Positions 25,600 to 33,838 of a stretch of DNA of 36,531 nt are shown here, in pieces. How positions within the stretch are numbered: position 1 is the stretch's first letter; every line of letters starts with the position of its first letter. The DNA comes from Paracoccaceae bacterium. GTDB lineage: Bacteria; Pseudomonadota; Alphaproteobacteria; Rhodobacterales; Rhodobacteraceae. The position numbers and the translations under genes are program-made. The notes beneath the pieces are model-generated. The model did not search any database and was not told where the DNA came from. It saw only the letters and a list, made by a program, of their open reading frames with translations. The stretch is taken from the NCBI GenBank assembly GCA_040383215.1, contig JBEIDZ010000001.1:1-36531 (forward strand). The letters are read 5' to 3'.

Positions 25600-26381
25600 C
25601 GGATCGCCACCATCGCGCCCATCATCTGGTCGGCCGCGGTGATGACCTTCGAATTCAGTTCGTAGCCGCGCTGGGCCTCGATCAGCTCGGTGATTTCCTT
25701 CACGGCATCGACGGTGCTGTTCTCGAGGTAGCGGTGCCGGATCACGCCGACTCCGTCTTCGCCCGGTGCCGAGACAAGCGGAGCGCCAGAGGCTTCGGTC
25801 TCGAGATAAAGGTTGGAACCGATCGCCTCGAGCCCCTTGGGATTGGTGAAGGAAGCAAGCGTGAGCTGGCCGAGCAGTTCGGGTTCGATCCGGTCGGCAA
25901 AGGTGGCATAGACTTCACCTTCGGGATTGACGGAAATCGAACGGATATCGGGCGGAACAGTGATTTCGGGCGCGACGGCGAAACCGTCGGAGGTGACAAG
26001 GAGACCGTCGCCGGTGATCTTGAGCGCCCCGTCGCGGGTGAAGGCGGCGCGTCCGTCGGGAAGCGTCACTTCGAAATAGCCGGCCCCGTCGATGGCAAAG
26101 TCGAGGTCTCCCCCGGTCGCGGCAAGCGGACCCTGGCCAAGCTCGACCGAGATCGCCGTCGGCCTGACCCCGAGCCCGAGCTGGATGCCCACGGGAAGCA
26201 CGGTTCCGTCAGAGGCGTTGACTGTGCCGGGCCGCTGCATCTGCTGGTAATGCAGGTCGGCGAATTCGGCCCGCCGCGGGTTGTAGGCGGTCGTGTTCAT
26301 GTTGGCGAGGTTGTTGGAAATGACCTCGACCCGCATCTGCTGGGCCTGCATGCCGGCGGCGGCGATTTCAAGCGCGCGCAT
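25596..26381 (-). CDS. flgG: Flagellar distal rod protein FlgG
   Basis: MRALEIAAAGMQAQQMRVEVISNNLANMNTTAYNPRR and C-terminal LENSTVDAVKEITELIEAQRGYELNSKVI. GAGGAGG RBS upstream. Confidence 0.95.
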   Translation of the reverse strand: MRALEIAAAGMQAQQMRVEVISNNLANMNTTAYNPRRAEFADLHYQQMQRPGTVNASDGTVLPVGIQLGLGVRPTAISVELGQGPLAATGGDLDFAIDGAGYFEVTLPDGRAAFTRDGALKITGDGLLVTSDGFAVAPEITVPPDIRSISVNPEGEVYATFADRIEPELLGQLTLASFTNPKGLEAIGSNLYLETEASGAPLVSAPGEDGVGVIRHRYLENSTVDAVKEITELIEAQRGYELNSKVITAADQMMGAMVAIR

Positions 26382-26402
26382 GTGGAGCCTCCTCTGTGGC
26401 GT

Positions 26403-27119
26403 CTAGCGGCTGAGTGTCTGGATCACGTTGCGGATGCGGGCATCCTCCCGGTCGAGAAGGCCCTGGCCGAGTTCATAGGCCCTCTGCACGGCGATCAGGC
26501 GGGTGATCTGGCTGATGGCATCGACATTCGATTCCTCGAGGAACCCCTGCGAGACGGTCGCGGCCTCGGCCGGCAGCAGGTCGCTGCCGGGCACAAAGAG
26601 AACGCCGCTCTGCCGGGTCATCGCCGTCGGATCCGAAGGGATGTAGAGCCCCACCTGACCGACCGGGACCCCGTCTGCCGAAATCGTGCCGTCGGGCGCG
26701 ATCCCGATCCGGGCGGCCCCCGGCGGCACAAAGACGGGCGCACCGCCCGCATCCAGCAGGGCATGGCCTTCGGCGTTGACGACATCGCCATTGGCGTTCT
26801 GGACAAAGCTGCCCGCCCGGGTCAGCCGCTCTCCCTCGGGTGTGGCCACGAGAAAGAAACCCTCGCCCGTGATCGCCATGTCGAGCGTGCCGCCCGTCCG
26901 CGCCAGCGCGCCGGGGGTGAACGAAGTTTCCCGCACCCGGGCCGCGGCCATCGAGAGCGAGGGCGCATCCCCGCCGAGAGCCGCGACATATTCCGAAAAG
27001 ATCACGCCTTCGGCCCGGAAACCGCCCGTATCGGCGTTGGCGATGTTGTTGGCGACGGCGCGAAGCTCTGCCAGGAGCCCGCTCTGGCGCGTCAGCACGG
27101 CATAGGCGGCGTTGTCCAT
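26403..27119 (-). CDS. flgF: Flagellar proximal rod protein FlgF
   Basis: Start placed at ATG 27119 (MDNAAYAVLTRQSGLLAELRAVANNIANADTGGFRAE). C-terminal LEESNVDAISQITRLIAVQRAYE. Confidence 0.9.
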   Translation of the reverse strand: MDNAAYAVLTRQSGLLAELRAVANNIANADTGGFRAEGVIFSEYVAALGGDAPSLSMAAARVRETSFTPGALARTGGTLDMAITGEGFFLVATPEGERLTRAGSFVQNANGDVVNAEGHALLDAGGAPVFVPPGAARIGIAPDGTISADGVPVGQVGLYIPSDPTAMTRQSGVLFVPGSDLLPAEAATVSQGFLEESNVDAISQITRLIAVQRAYELGQGLLDREDARIRNVIQTLSR

Positions 27120-27123
27120 CGCT

Positions 27124-27390
27124 TCAGACCCCGGCGATGAGCGGCACGATCGTGTCGGTGAAGTACCGGCCAAGCGACTGCGTCATGAAATCCATCGTGA
27201 CCCAGAAGACGGCGACGATGGCGGCAAGCTTGGGCACGAAGGTCAGCGTCATCTCCTGGATGGAGGTGAGCGCCTGGACAAGGCCCACGGCCAGACCGGC
27301 GACCAGCGCGACCCCGAGGATCGGCAACGAAATCACCACCGACACCCAGAGCCCTTCGCGCAGCGTATCGTTGAACAGGGCGGCATCCAT
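27124..27390 (-). CDS. fliQ: Flagellar export apparatus protein FliQ
   Basis: 88 aa with two TM helices. LVQALTSIQEMTLTFVPKL is typical of FliQ. Confidence 0.93.
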   Translation of the reverse strand: MDAALFNDTLREGLWVSVVISLPILGVALVAGLAVGLVQALTSIQEMTLTFVPKLAAIVAVFWVTMDFMTQSLGRYFTDTIVPLIAGV

Positions 27391-27393
27391 CGG

Positions 27394-27678
27394 TCAGACC
27401 GGCATCCGCAGGATTTCCTGATAGGCCTCGACCACGCGGTTGCGCAGGGTGACGGCGGTTTCGACCGCCAGTTCCGCCTGGCTCAGCGCCGCGACAAGGC
27501 TGTGGGGGTCGGCTTCGCCCTGCATCGCGGCAATGGCGGTCTGTTCGCCTTCGCGCAGGGTCGCGGCGAATTCGGCGGCGGCCGAGGTGAAGAGCGATCC
27601 GCCATCGGCACCGGAAGGCTGGGTGGCGGGGCGGCTCAGCGCATAGTTCTGCGCGGCAAGGGCGGAGGCGATCTGCAT
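27394..27678 (-). CDS. fliE: Flagellar hook-basal body complex protein FliE
   Basis: 94 aa with C-terminal ELAVETAVTLRNRVVEAYQEILRMPV, typical of FliE. Confidence 0.9.
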   Translation of the reverse strand: MQIASALAAQNYALSRPATQPSGADGGSLFTSAAAEFAATLREGEQTAIAAMQGEADPHSLVAALSQAELAVETAVTLRNRVVEAYQEILRMPV

Positions 27679-27687
27679 CTGGGTGTC

Positions 27688-28077
27688 CTATCGGCGGAGG
27701 AGGTCCATCAGGGCGGTCTGCATTTCCCGCACCTGTTCGAACATCTTGAGGTTGGCCTCGTAACTGCGGCCGGCTTCGCGGGCGTCGGCGACCTCGATCA
27801 TGAGGTTGACGTTGGAGCCGAGGTAGTAGCCCTCGGCATCGGCAAGCGGATGGGTCGGATCATAGACCCGTTCGGGTTCGGTCCGGTCGAGCCTGACACG
27901 GCCGGGGCTCACGGTGCTGCCGGCATCGCGGCCCATTTCGGCCTCGAAGCTCATCAGCTTGCGGTGGTAGCCGGGCGTATCGGCATTGGCGATGTTTTCG
28001 GAGACAAGCCGCAGTCGTGCGGCCTGGGCACGCATCCCGCTCGACGCGGCGCCAAGCGCATCGGAAAGGTCGTTCAT
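27688..28077 (-). CDS. flgC: Flagellar proximal rod protein FlgC
   Basis: Track start is GTG 28083. I prefer ATG 28077, which is preceded by GGGGAGGTGAGG. Has MNDLSDALGAASSGMRAQAARLRLVSENIANADTPGYHRK and C-terminal YEANLKMFEQ. Confidence 0.93.
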   Translation of the reverse strand: MNDLSDALGAASSGMRAQAARLRLVSENIANADTPGYHRKLMSFEAEMGRDAGSTVSPGRVRLDRTEPERVYDPTHPLADAEGYYLGSNVNLMIEVADAREAGRSYEANLKMFEQVREMQTALMDLLRR

Positions 28078-28079
28078 CC

Positions 28080-28454
28080 TCACCTCCCCAGACTGGTGCG
28101 CAAGAGGCCGGTCGCATGGCGCCAGATGGCCAGCGCACGGCTGTGTTCGCGCTGCGCCTCGACGCCGGCGAGCATTTCCTGCTCGATCGAGACGGTGTTG
28201 CCGTTGGGCGATGCTTCGGTGTCGCGCGGGGCGGCGCGGGCGGACAGTCCGCCGGTCTGGACAAGATGGCCGGGCCGGGTCGCCCGCATCGCGTCCTGTC
28301 CCTCGTTCCAGACAGAGGCGAAATCCGGGACGGCGCGGGCGCGGTAACCGGGAGTGTCGGCATTGGCGATGTTGGATGCAACCACGGCCTGCCGCGCGGC
28401 AGCGTGGCGCGCCATCGCGGACGACATGCGGAAAATATCCAGCGAGTCAAACAT
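28080..28454 (-). CDS. flgB: Flagellar proximal rod protein FlgB
   Basis: Start placed at ATG 28454 (GAGGGAGAA RBS upstream). Has MFDSLDIFRMSSAMARHAAARQAVVASNIANADTPGYRA. Confidence 0.9.
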   Translation of the reverse strand: MFDSLDIFRMSSAMARHAAARQAVVASNIANADTPGYRARAVPDFASVWNEGQDAMRATRPGHLVQTGGLSARAAPRDTEASPNGNTVSIEQEMLAGVEAQREHSRALAIWRHATGLLRTSLGR

Positions 28455-28515
28455 TGGGGATTCTCCCTCGGCTCGTTTCATCTTCGGTTTAGGCCTGATT
28501 CGTTAAGGATGGCTT

Positions 28516-29898
28516 GTGATGATTGACGAAACGTACGGAGCCGCAGAAATGACCGATCCGCTGATTGCCGCGATGACAAGGGCGGTCGCCGGGCTGAGGC
28601 TCGCGCATGAGGAAGGGCAGGTCGTCGCCGCGCGTGGCGGTGCGCTGGATGTCGCGGGCCTGACAGAGGCCGCCCGGCTCGGCGACCGCGTCGAAGGGCG
28701 CGCAGGCGGGCTTGCGATCCAGGGCGAGGTGATCCGGGTGACGGCGGCGGGCGTGCATGTGCTTCCCGAAGGCGGGACAGAGGGCCTCTCGCTCGGAACG
28801 CGTCTGCGGCTTGTCCCGCCGCCGCCTTTCTGTCCCGATGACAGCTGGATCGGCCGGACCATCGACCCTGACGGGCGGCCGCTGGACGGGCGACCGCTTC
28901 TGCCCGGACCCGTCGCGCGCGATCTTGACGCCGTGCCGCCCCCGGCCCGGTCGCGCCGGCCGCTCGGCGCGCGGATCGAGACGGGGCACGCCGTCTTCGA
29001 CACGCTCCTTCCCATCGCGCGGGGACAGCGCATCGGGCTTTTCGCCGGGTCGGGCGTGGGCAAGTCGACGCTCCTCGCCGGGCTCGCACGGTCGATGGCG
29101 GCCGATGTCGTCGTCATCGGCCTTGTCGGCGAACGCGGGCGCGAGGTCCGCCACTTCACCGACGAAGTCATGGGGCCCGAAGGGATGAAACGGTCCGTCG
29201 TCATTGCCGCGACATCAGACCGCGCGCCGCAGGTGCGCCGCCGCGCCGCCCGGGCTGCGACGGCCGTGGCCGAACATTTCCGTGCGCAGGGCCGGCAGGT
29301 CCTTCTCATCATCGACAGCGTGACCCGCTTTGCCGAGGCGCACCGGGAAATCGCCGTGGCCGCAGGCGAGGCAGCGGGCCTGCGCGGCTTTCCGGCCTCG
29401 ACGCCGTCCGCACTTGCCGCGCTGTGCGAAAGGGCGGGGCCGGGATGCGCCGGCGAAGGCGACATCACGGCAATCTACGCCGTGCTCGTCGCCGGATCGG
29501 ACATGGAGGAGCCGGTCGCGGACTGGCTGCGAGGGCTGCTTGACGGGCATGTCGTGCTCGACCGGGGGATTGCCGAACGGGGGCGGTTCCCGGCAGTCGA
29601 TCTGGTCCGTTCGGTGTCGCGGTCGCTGCCCGACGTGGCAGATGCGGCCGAGAACCGGATGATCGCAGAGGCGCGGCGTCTTCTGGGCACCTATGACCGG
29701 GTCGAGACGATGGTGCGCGCGGGGCTCTATACGCCGGGCACCGATCCGGAGGTCGATGCGGCCGTGGCGGCCTGGCCGGCGCTTGACCGTTTCGCGGGGC
29801 TGGTCGGCCAGAGGTCGGCCAGCGAAAGCTTTGCCGCGCTCAGGGCGGCGCTGGAGACCCGGGCAGGCGGCAGCGTCCGGCCCGACCCGACGCGGTAG
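28516..29898 (+). CDS. fliI: Flagellum-specific ATPase FliI
   Basis: Walker A GSGVGKSTLL, Walker B VLLIIDSVTRFA, F1/T3SS ATPase architecture. Start is GTG 28516 or ATG 28519 (AAGGA upstream). Confidence 0.95.
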   Translation: MMIDETYGAAEMTDPLIAAMTRAVAGLRLAHEEGQVVAARGGALDVAGLTEAARLGDRVEGRAGGLAIQGEVIRVTAAGVHVLPEGGTEGLSLGTRLRLVPPPPFCPDDSWIGRTIDPDGRPLDGRPLLPGPVARDLDAVPPPARSRRPLGARIETGHAVFDTLLPIARGQRIGLFAGSGVGKSTLLAGLARSMAADVVVIGLVGERGREVRHFTDEVMGPEGMKRSVVIAATSDRAPQVRRRAARAATAVAEHFRAQGRQVLLIIDSVTRFAEAHREIAVAAGEAAGLRGFPASTPSALAALCERAGPGCAGEGDITAIYAVLVAGSDMEEPVADWLRGLLDGHVVLDRGIAERGRFPAVDLVRSVSRSLPDVADAAENRMIAEARRLLGTYDRVETMVRAGLYTPGTDPEVDAAVAAWPALDRFAGLVGQRSASESFAALRAALETRAGGSVRPDPTR

Positions 29899-29932
29899 CC
29901 GCGGACCGGGCACGCAATGCCGGAACCGCGGC
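29898..29932 (+). terminator. Nested stem-loop immediately after the fliI stop (candidate terminator-like structure, no U-tract)
   Basis: Read directly: GCCGCGG-a-CCGGGCA-cgcaa-TGCCGG-aa-CCGCGGC. Outer stem is 7 bp; inner stem is 6 bp with one bulge. It starts at the last base of the TAG (29896-29898). Confidence 0.35.
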
Positions 29933-30384
29933 GGGGCCAGGTCGGCGGGCAGGCTGCACCCGGGTCCGGCCGGTCGGCGCAGACCCTCTGCCGGGGTCAG
30001 GCGCAAGGCCCGGCCCGGGCCGTTAGCCGCGGCGTGGCAAGACCGCCGGCTCCTGCCCCGCCGGGGGGCGATGCCAGGCATGGACAGCGCGGCATCAACT
30101 TCCCTGCATCGCAGAAACGGAGCCCGGACAGGGCACAGCGGGGCGCGATACCGCCGGACCCGCGGTCCCGGCGCGCCCGGGCACTGCAGCGCGACCGTAT
30201 GGCGTGGCGCGACAGCGCCGGCCCGGGGGTGTCCAGGCGGCGAAGGAACCGGCAGATCATGCGGTCCTGCCCAAGCCCGGACGGCGGGGGCCGCACGCTG
30301 CCCGGAGCCAGAGGCCGCCGCCATCCCGGGGTCATGGCGGAGAAGATCGTCGCTGCCAGCGCAGGGTGCCGCCGGACCCGGGGG

Positions 30385-31173
30385 TCACCGCGCGCCAAGA
30401 AGCTGCAGCGCAATCGCACCCGACGCCGCGGCGGCGCCGACCGCAGCGTCCGAGCGGACCAGAAAGAGCCGGATCAGGCGTTCCTGCTCGGCACGGCTGG
30501 AAAGCACCGCGAGGTCCCCGGTCCCGAAGACACCGGAGAAGCGGGACCTGAAGGTGTCAAGCTGCCGGTCGATGTCGAGCTTGCCGATGCTGGCAGGCAG
30601 GCCGAGCGCGCCCTCAAAGACCGACCGCAGCGGCAGGTCGCCCATCACCGCAAACCAGCGCGCATCCGGGGCGGTGACGGTCGCGAAAATGTCGGCCAGC
30701 CCCTGACGCAGGTTCATGGCCCGGCGCAGATTGTCATCCACGCTCCCGACAGCCGCTTCGAAGCTGCGGGCCTCGAATCGGGCGGTGATCTCCTGGGCAA
30801 AGCCGGGCTCTCCGGTGCGGGGGCCAAGGTCGCCAAAACCGAAGGCGCGGGCAAGCGCGGCATAGCGCTTGTCGGCAAGCCGGTTGGCAAAGGCGCCGTC
30901 CTTCTGTGTGCCTTCCGCCAGGACCTTTTCGATGAAGGCTTTGGAATTGATGTCGGATTCGAGCCCGAAGGCCGTCAGGGCCACGTCGAGAAGCTGGCGA
31001 TCCGCTACAAGGTCCGCAGCCGTCCTGACCGAAGCGATGCGGGTCTCGAAGGCGGAGGTGGCGCGACGGATGGCCGGATCGGCGACAAAGGCGCCGCGCT
31101 GGGCCTCCATCGTCCGGGTGAGAAACGACCACCCCTGATAGCCGCCGAGCGGGATGACCGGCGTAAAGGTCAT
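30385..31173 (-). CDS. DUF1217-type flagellar-locus protein of unknown function
   Basis: N-terminus MTFTPVIPLGGYQGWSFLTRTMEAQRGAF matches my recollection of the alphaproteobacterial DUF1217 family. Start overlaps the flbT stop. Confidence 0.7.
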   Translation of the reverse strand: MTFTPVIPLGGYQGWSFLTRTMEAQRGAFVADPAIRRATSAFETRIASVRTAADLVADRQLLDVALTAFGLESDINSKAFIEKVLAEGTQKDGAFANRLADKRYAALARAFGFGDLGPRTGEPGFAQEITARFEARSFEAAVGSVDDNLRRAMNLRQGLADIFATVTAPDARWFAVMGDLPLRSVFEGALGLPASIGKLDIDRQLDTFRSRFSGVFGTGDLAVLSSRAEQERLIRLFLVRSDAAVGAAAASGAIALQLLGAR

Positions 31174-31580
31174 TGTGTGGTTCGCGCAAGGGCCAGCAGC
31201 CGCTCCTCGAGCGGGAGGAGCCCGCGCAGCCGCTTGAGCGCGCGGTAGAAGTCATCCTCGCGGGCCGCGGCCCTCGCCTGTGACAGCAGGTCCTGGCTGC
31301 CGGGATCGCGCAGGGCCTGGGCCAGCTGGTCGATCCCGCGCAACAGCTGGGCGCGCGCCTCGGCTGCGTCTGCATCGCCCGACAGGGCAAGCTGCGCGAC
31401 ATAACAGACCCGGCGGACAGGCGTGTTGGCCTGTTCGGGGCTGACCGCATCGCGCAGCCGCAGGATGTTGGCATTCGGCGTCAGGATCGACAGCCGGGAC
31501 CGGCGGTCGCCGTTTTCGATCACCGCCCCGTTGACAAGCACACGTTCCCGCGGTCCGAGCTTGAGCACGAGGCCGGTCAT
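31170..31580 (-). CDS. flbT: Flagellin synthesis repressor FlbT
   Basis: MTGLVLKLGPRERVLVNGAVIENGDRRSRL... is the characteristic FlbT N-terminus. ATGA overlap with the flaF stop. Confidence 0.9.
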   Translation of the reverse strand: MTGLVLKLGPRERVLVNGAVIENGDRRSRLSILTPNANILRLRDAVSPEQANTPVRRVCYVAQLALSGDADAAEARAQLLRGIDQLAQALRDPGSQDLLSQARAAAREDDFYRALKRLRGLLPLEERLLALARTTQ

Positions 31581-31993
31581 GATGACCGTCCCGGCGACGG
31601 CGCATCGGAGGAAAGGCCGCGGATCACGGCCAGATTGATTTCGATCAGGGCATCCACGCTGGCCCGGCCGCGCAGCACGCGGCCGGAATGGGCGGCCGTG
31701 AATTCGGCAAGATAGAAGATCCGCGCCCGCAGGTCTTCGGGCAACGGGTTTCCGCTGTCGGCCACATCGGCAGCCAGGCGGGTCCAGAGCTGGCGGTTGA
31801 GGTGAACCGCCTGGGCCAGGCGCGGGAAATCCGGCGGGCTGGCATCGGCGGCAGACCGCAGGTTCGCAGTCGCCATGGCAAGCACCTGCTGTTCGTCGGA
31901 TCGCCCCGTCCGCATTGGCGAATGGGCAGAGGAATAGGCCTGACGGGCCAGGTCAGTGGCGTTCACGACGGGTCCTTTCGGGACTTGAGGCAT
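31577..31993 (-). CDS. flaF: Flagellin synthesis regulator FlaF
   Basis: NRQLWTRLAADVADSGNPLPEDLRARIFYLAEFTAAHS is typical of FlaF. Paired with flbT. The exact start (ATG 31993) was not checked against homologues. Confidence 0.85.
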   Translation of the reverse strand: MPQVPKGPVVNATDLARQAYSSAHSPMRTGRSDEQQVLAMATANLRSAADASPPDFPRLAQAVHLNRQLWTRLAADVADSGNPLPEDLRARIFYLAEFTAAHSGRVLRGRASVDALIEINLAVIRGLSSDAPSPGRSS

Positions 31994-32037
31994 ATGGGAC
32001 GCAGCTTTGCCGCGCCGGTCACGTCAGAGGCGCAAGG

Positions 32038-32060
32038 CCGGAGCGGACCGACCGCCCCGG
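32038..32060 (-). terminator. Stem-loop 9 nt downstream of the flagellin stop (candidate terminator/attenuator before flaF)
   Basis: On the + strand: CCGGAGCGG-accga-CCGCCCCGG (9-bp stem with one mismatch). A weak U-tract (..CCUU) follows on the - strand. Confidence 0.3.
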
Positions 32061-32068
32061 CCCCGTGC

Positions 32069-33280
32069 TTAGCGGAAGAGCGACAGGATCGACTGCGGCG
32101 CCTGATTGGCGATCGACAGCGCCTGGATGCCAAGCTGCTGCTGGACCTGAAGCGCCTGCAGGCGGGCCGAGGCTTCTTCCATGTCGGCATCGACCATCGC
32201 GCCGATCCCCGATTTCAGCGAGTCCGAAAGCGTCGCGATGAACTTGGCCTGGGTCTCGATCCGGCCTTCGACCGAACCGAAGGCCGCGGCCGCGTCGATC
32301 GCGGTCTGGATCAGCGTCTCGATGCTTGTCAGAGCCGCGGTCGCACCCCCCGCCGTCGAGACGTCGATCGCCTGCAGCGCGCCGAGACCGCCCGAACCGG
32401 TGTTCTGGAACTGGCCGGTGACGGTCAGGTCAGTGGCGGCGTTGTTGGTGAAGACGAGCTGACCCGCCGTGCCGCTGTCATAGTCGATCACCAGATCAGC
32501 GATGCCCAGCGCCTCGATCGCGTTCTTCAGTCCGACGGCCACAAGGTCATCGGGCGTGGTAGCCGCGACATCGGCCGCCGTCACCGTGTAGGATGCAGTC
32601 CGGCTGCCAAGCGCGATCGTCACCTTGTCGCCCGCCGCCCAGGTTCCGCCATGGGCGATGGTGATTTGGCCATTGCCGCCGCCACTGTCGAGGCTCATCA
32701 CAAAGGTGTCGCCGGCAGCCGAGACCACCGAATTCGTCCCCGCATCGAAGACGTCCTGGGCGGTGTAGCCGCCGATGGACAGGTCCTGCGCCTGCACGGT
32801 GATCGAGGATGCAGTCACCGTGCCGCCCGCCGCCCGGTCGAGCGAGGAGAGGACGTTGACCGAAGGCACCAGACCGTCAACGAGGTTGAGCCCGTTGAAC
32901 TGCGCCGCGGACACGACGCTGCTGATCTGGTTGCGCAGTTCGGCGATGTCGTCCTGGATCTTGTCCCGGTCGACGTTCGATTCCTGCGCGGCGACGATCT
33001 TGCCCTTGATATCGGTCAGAAGGTCGGTGATCGTCTCGGCCGCCTGGCGTCCGACGGCGACGGTCGCCTCGCCCAGGGACAGGCTGTCGGAAATGCCCTT
33101 GAAGCCCTTCACGTCGGCTTCCATCACCTTGGAGATCGCCCAGACGGCGGCATTGTCCTTGGCACCGGCAACCATCTTGCCGGTCGAGATCAGTGTCTGG
33201 GTCTTGGCGAGGTCGGTATTGATCGTCTTGAGGGTCTGCAGGGCGACGATGGCCCCGTTGTTGGTCAGAATGCTGGACAT
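32069..33280 (-). CDS. Flagellin (alpha-proteobacterial type, 403 aa)
   Basis: Start placed at ATG 33280 (MSSILTNNGAIVALQTLKTINTDLAKTQ). C-terminus ARLQALQVQQQLGIQALSIANQAPQSILSLFR. Variable Gly/Thr/Ala-rich centre. Track start 33307 adds 9 aa. Confidence 0.95.
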   Translation of the reverse strand: MSSILTNNGAIVALQTLKTINTDLAKTQTLISTGKMVAGAKDNAAVWAISKVMEADVKGFKGISDSLSLGEATVAVGRQAAETITDLLTDIKGKIVAAQESNVDRDKIQDDIAELRNQISSVVSAAQFNGLNLVDGLVPSVNVLSSLDRAAGGTVTASSITVQAQDLSIGGYTAQDVFDAGTNSVVSAAGDTFVMSLDSGGGNGQITIAHGGTWAAGDKVTIALGSRTASYTVTAADVAATTPDDLVAVGLKNAIEALGIADLVIDYDSGTAGQLVFTNNAATDLTVTGQFQNTGSGGLGALQAIDVSTAGGATAALTSIETLIQTAIDAAAAFGSVEGRIETQAKFIATLSDSLKSGIGAMVDADMEEASARLQALQVQQQLGIQALSIANQAPQSILSLFR

Positions 33281-33496
33281 CTGTTTCGTCCCGATTGGAG
33301 CGGTCATTTGACCGCGCTGGTTTCACCTCGTCAGCCCCGTTCCGAGGCTGACATCCCTGCCGTTCTGACATTTGAACGGAGAGGAAGGATCCACTCCGTC
33401 GCCACCCTTGCGGATGCCCGACCAGAATTCCCGTGAAGCCCTAACGGACGATGAAGCCGGCCCCCACAAGCCGTGACAATTTGAAGGAGCCGGCGA

Positions 33497-33838
33497 TCAG
33501 ACGCGCCGCACGACGCGGTCGCCGGCCGGGCCGGCCGGATCACGCAGGCCCTCGGGACCATAGGTTCGCAGTGGCAGGCCCCTGCGCTGGTGCGAATCGC
33601 GTGCGGCGCGCAGGCCGTCCTGTGCGGCGGCCAGCAGCCTCTGCTGCCGGTCAAGCTGCGGACGCAGCCCGATGAGAGCCGCGGCACCGGCGGCTGTTGC
33701 CGCCAGGTCGGCGACAATCTCGGCCTTGCGCGTGGCCAGGTCGTGAAGCAGGTCGTGCCGCCCTTCGCGCAGGGCCTTGCGTTCCGCGGCAAGAAGGCGG
33801 CCGAGCCTTGCCGCCGCGCGTGCCTCAGCCCCGGCCAT
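33497..33838 (-). CDS. Hypothetical helical protein, FlgN-like (putative flagellar export chaperone)
   Basis: Track ORF 33497..33982 overlaps the upstream gene. A credible start is ATG 33838. LGRLLAAERKALREGRHDLLHDLATRKAEIVADL resembles the FlgN N-terminal pattern (LL..E..AL..G....L..L...K..L). Confidence 0.5.
   Translation of the reverse strand: MAGAEARAAARLGRLLAAERKALREGRHDLLHDLATRKAEIVADLAATAAGAAALIGLRPQLDRQQRLLAAAQDGLRAARDSHQRRGLPLRTYGPEGLRDPAGPAGDRVVRRV

Noticed and set aside
23194-28347. Plus-strand ORFs of 681, 468 and 411 aa antisense to the flgB-to-fliL-like operon
   Set aside because: No motifs and Arg/Gly/Asp-rich composition. The minus strand encodes nine recognisable flagellar proteins in tight succession.
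28465-28491. Sigma-28 (FliA)-like promoter TAAA-N15-GCCGAGGG on the minus strand upstream of flgB
   Set aside because: The -10-like element overlaps the flgB Shine-Dalgarno sequence and lies only ~10 nt from the ATG, so a transcript from it would lack an RBS. Only 5 of 8 positions of the -10 match. No fliA or flgM is seen in this alpha-type locus.
29917-33436. Plus-strand ORFs 29917..31248 (443 aa) and 31688..33436 (582 aa)
   Set aside because: They are antisense to the DUF1217 gene, flbT, flaF and flagellin. Junk composition. The parts lying in the 29.9-30.4 kb gap show no coding character either.
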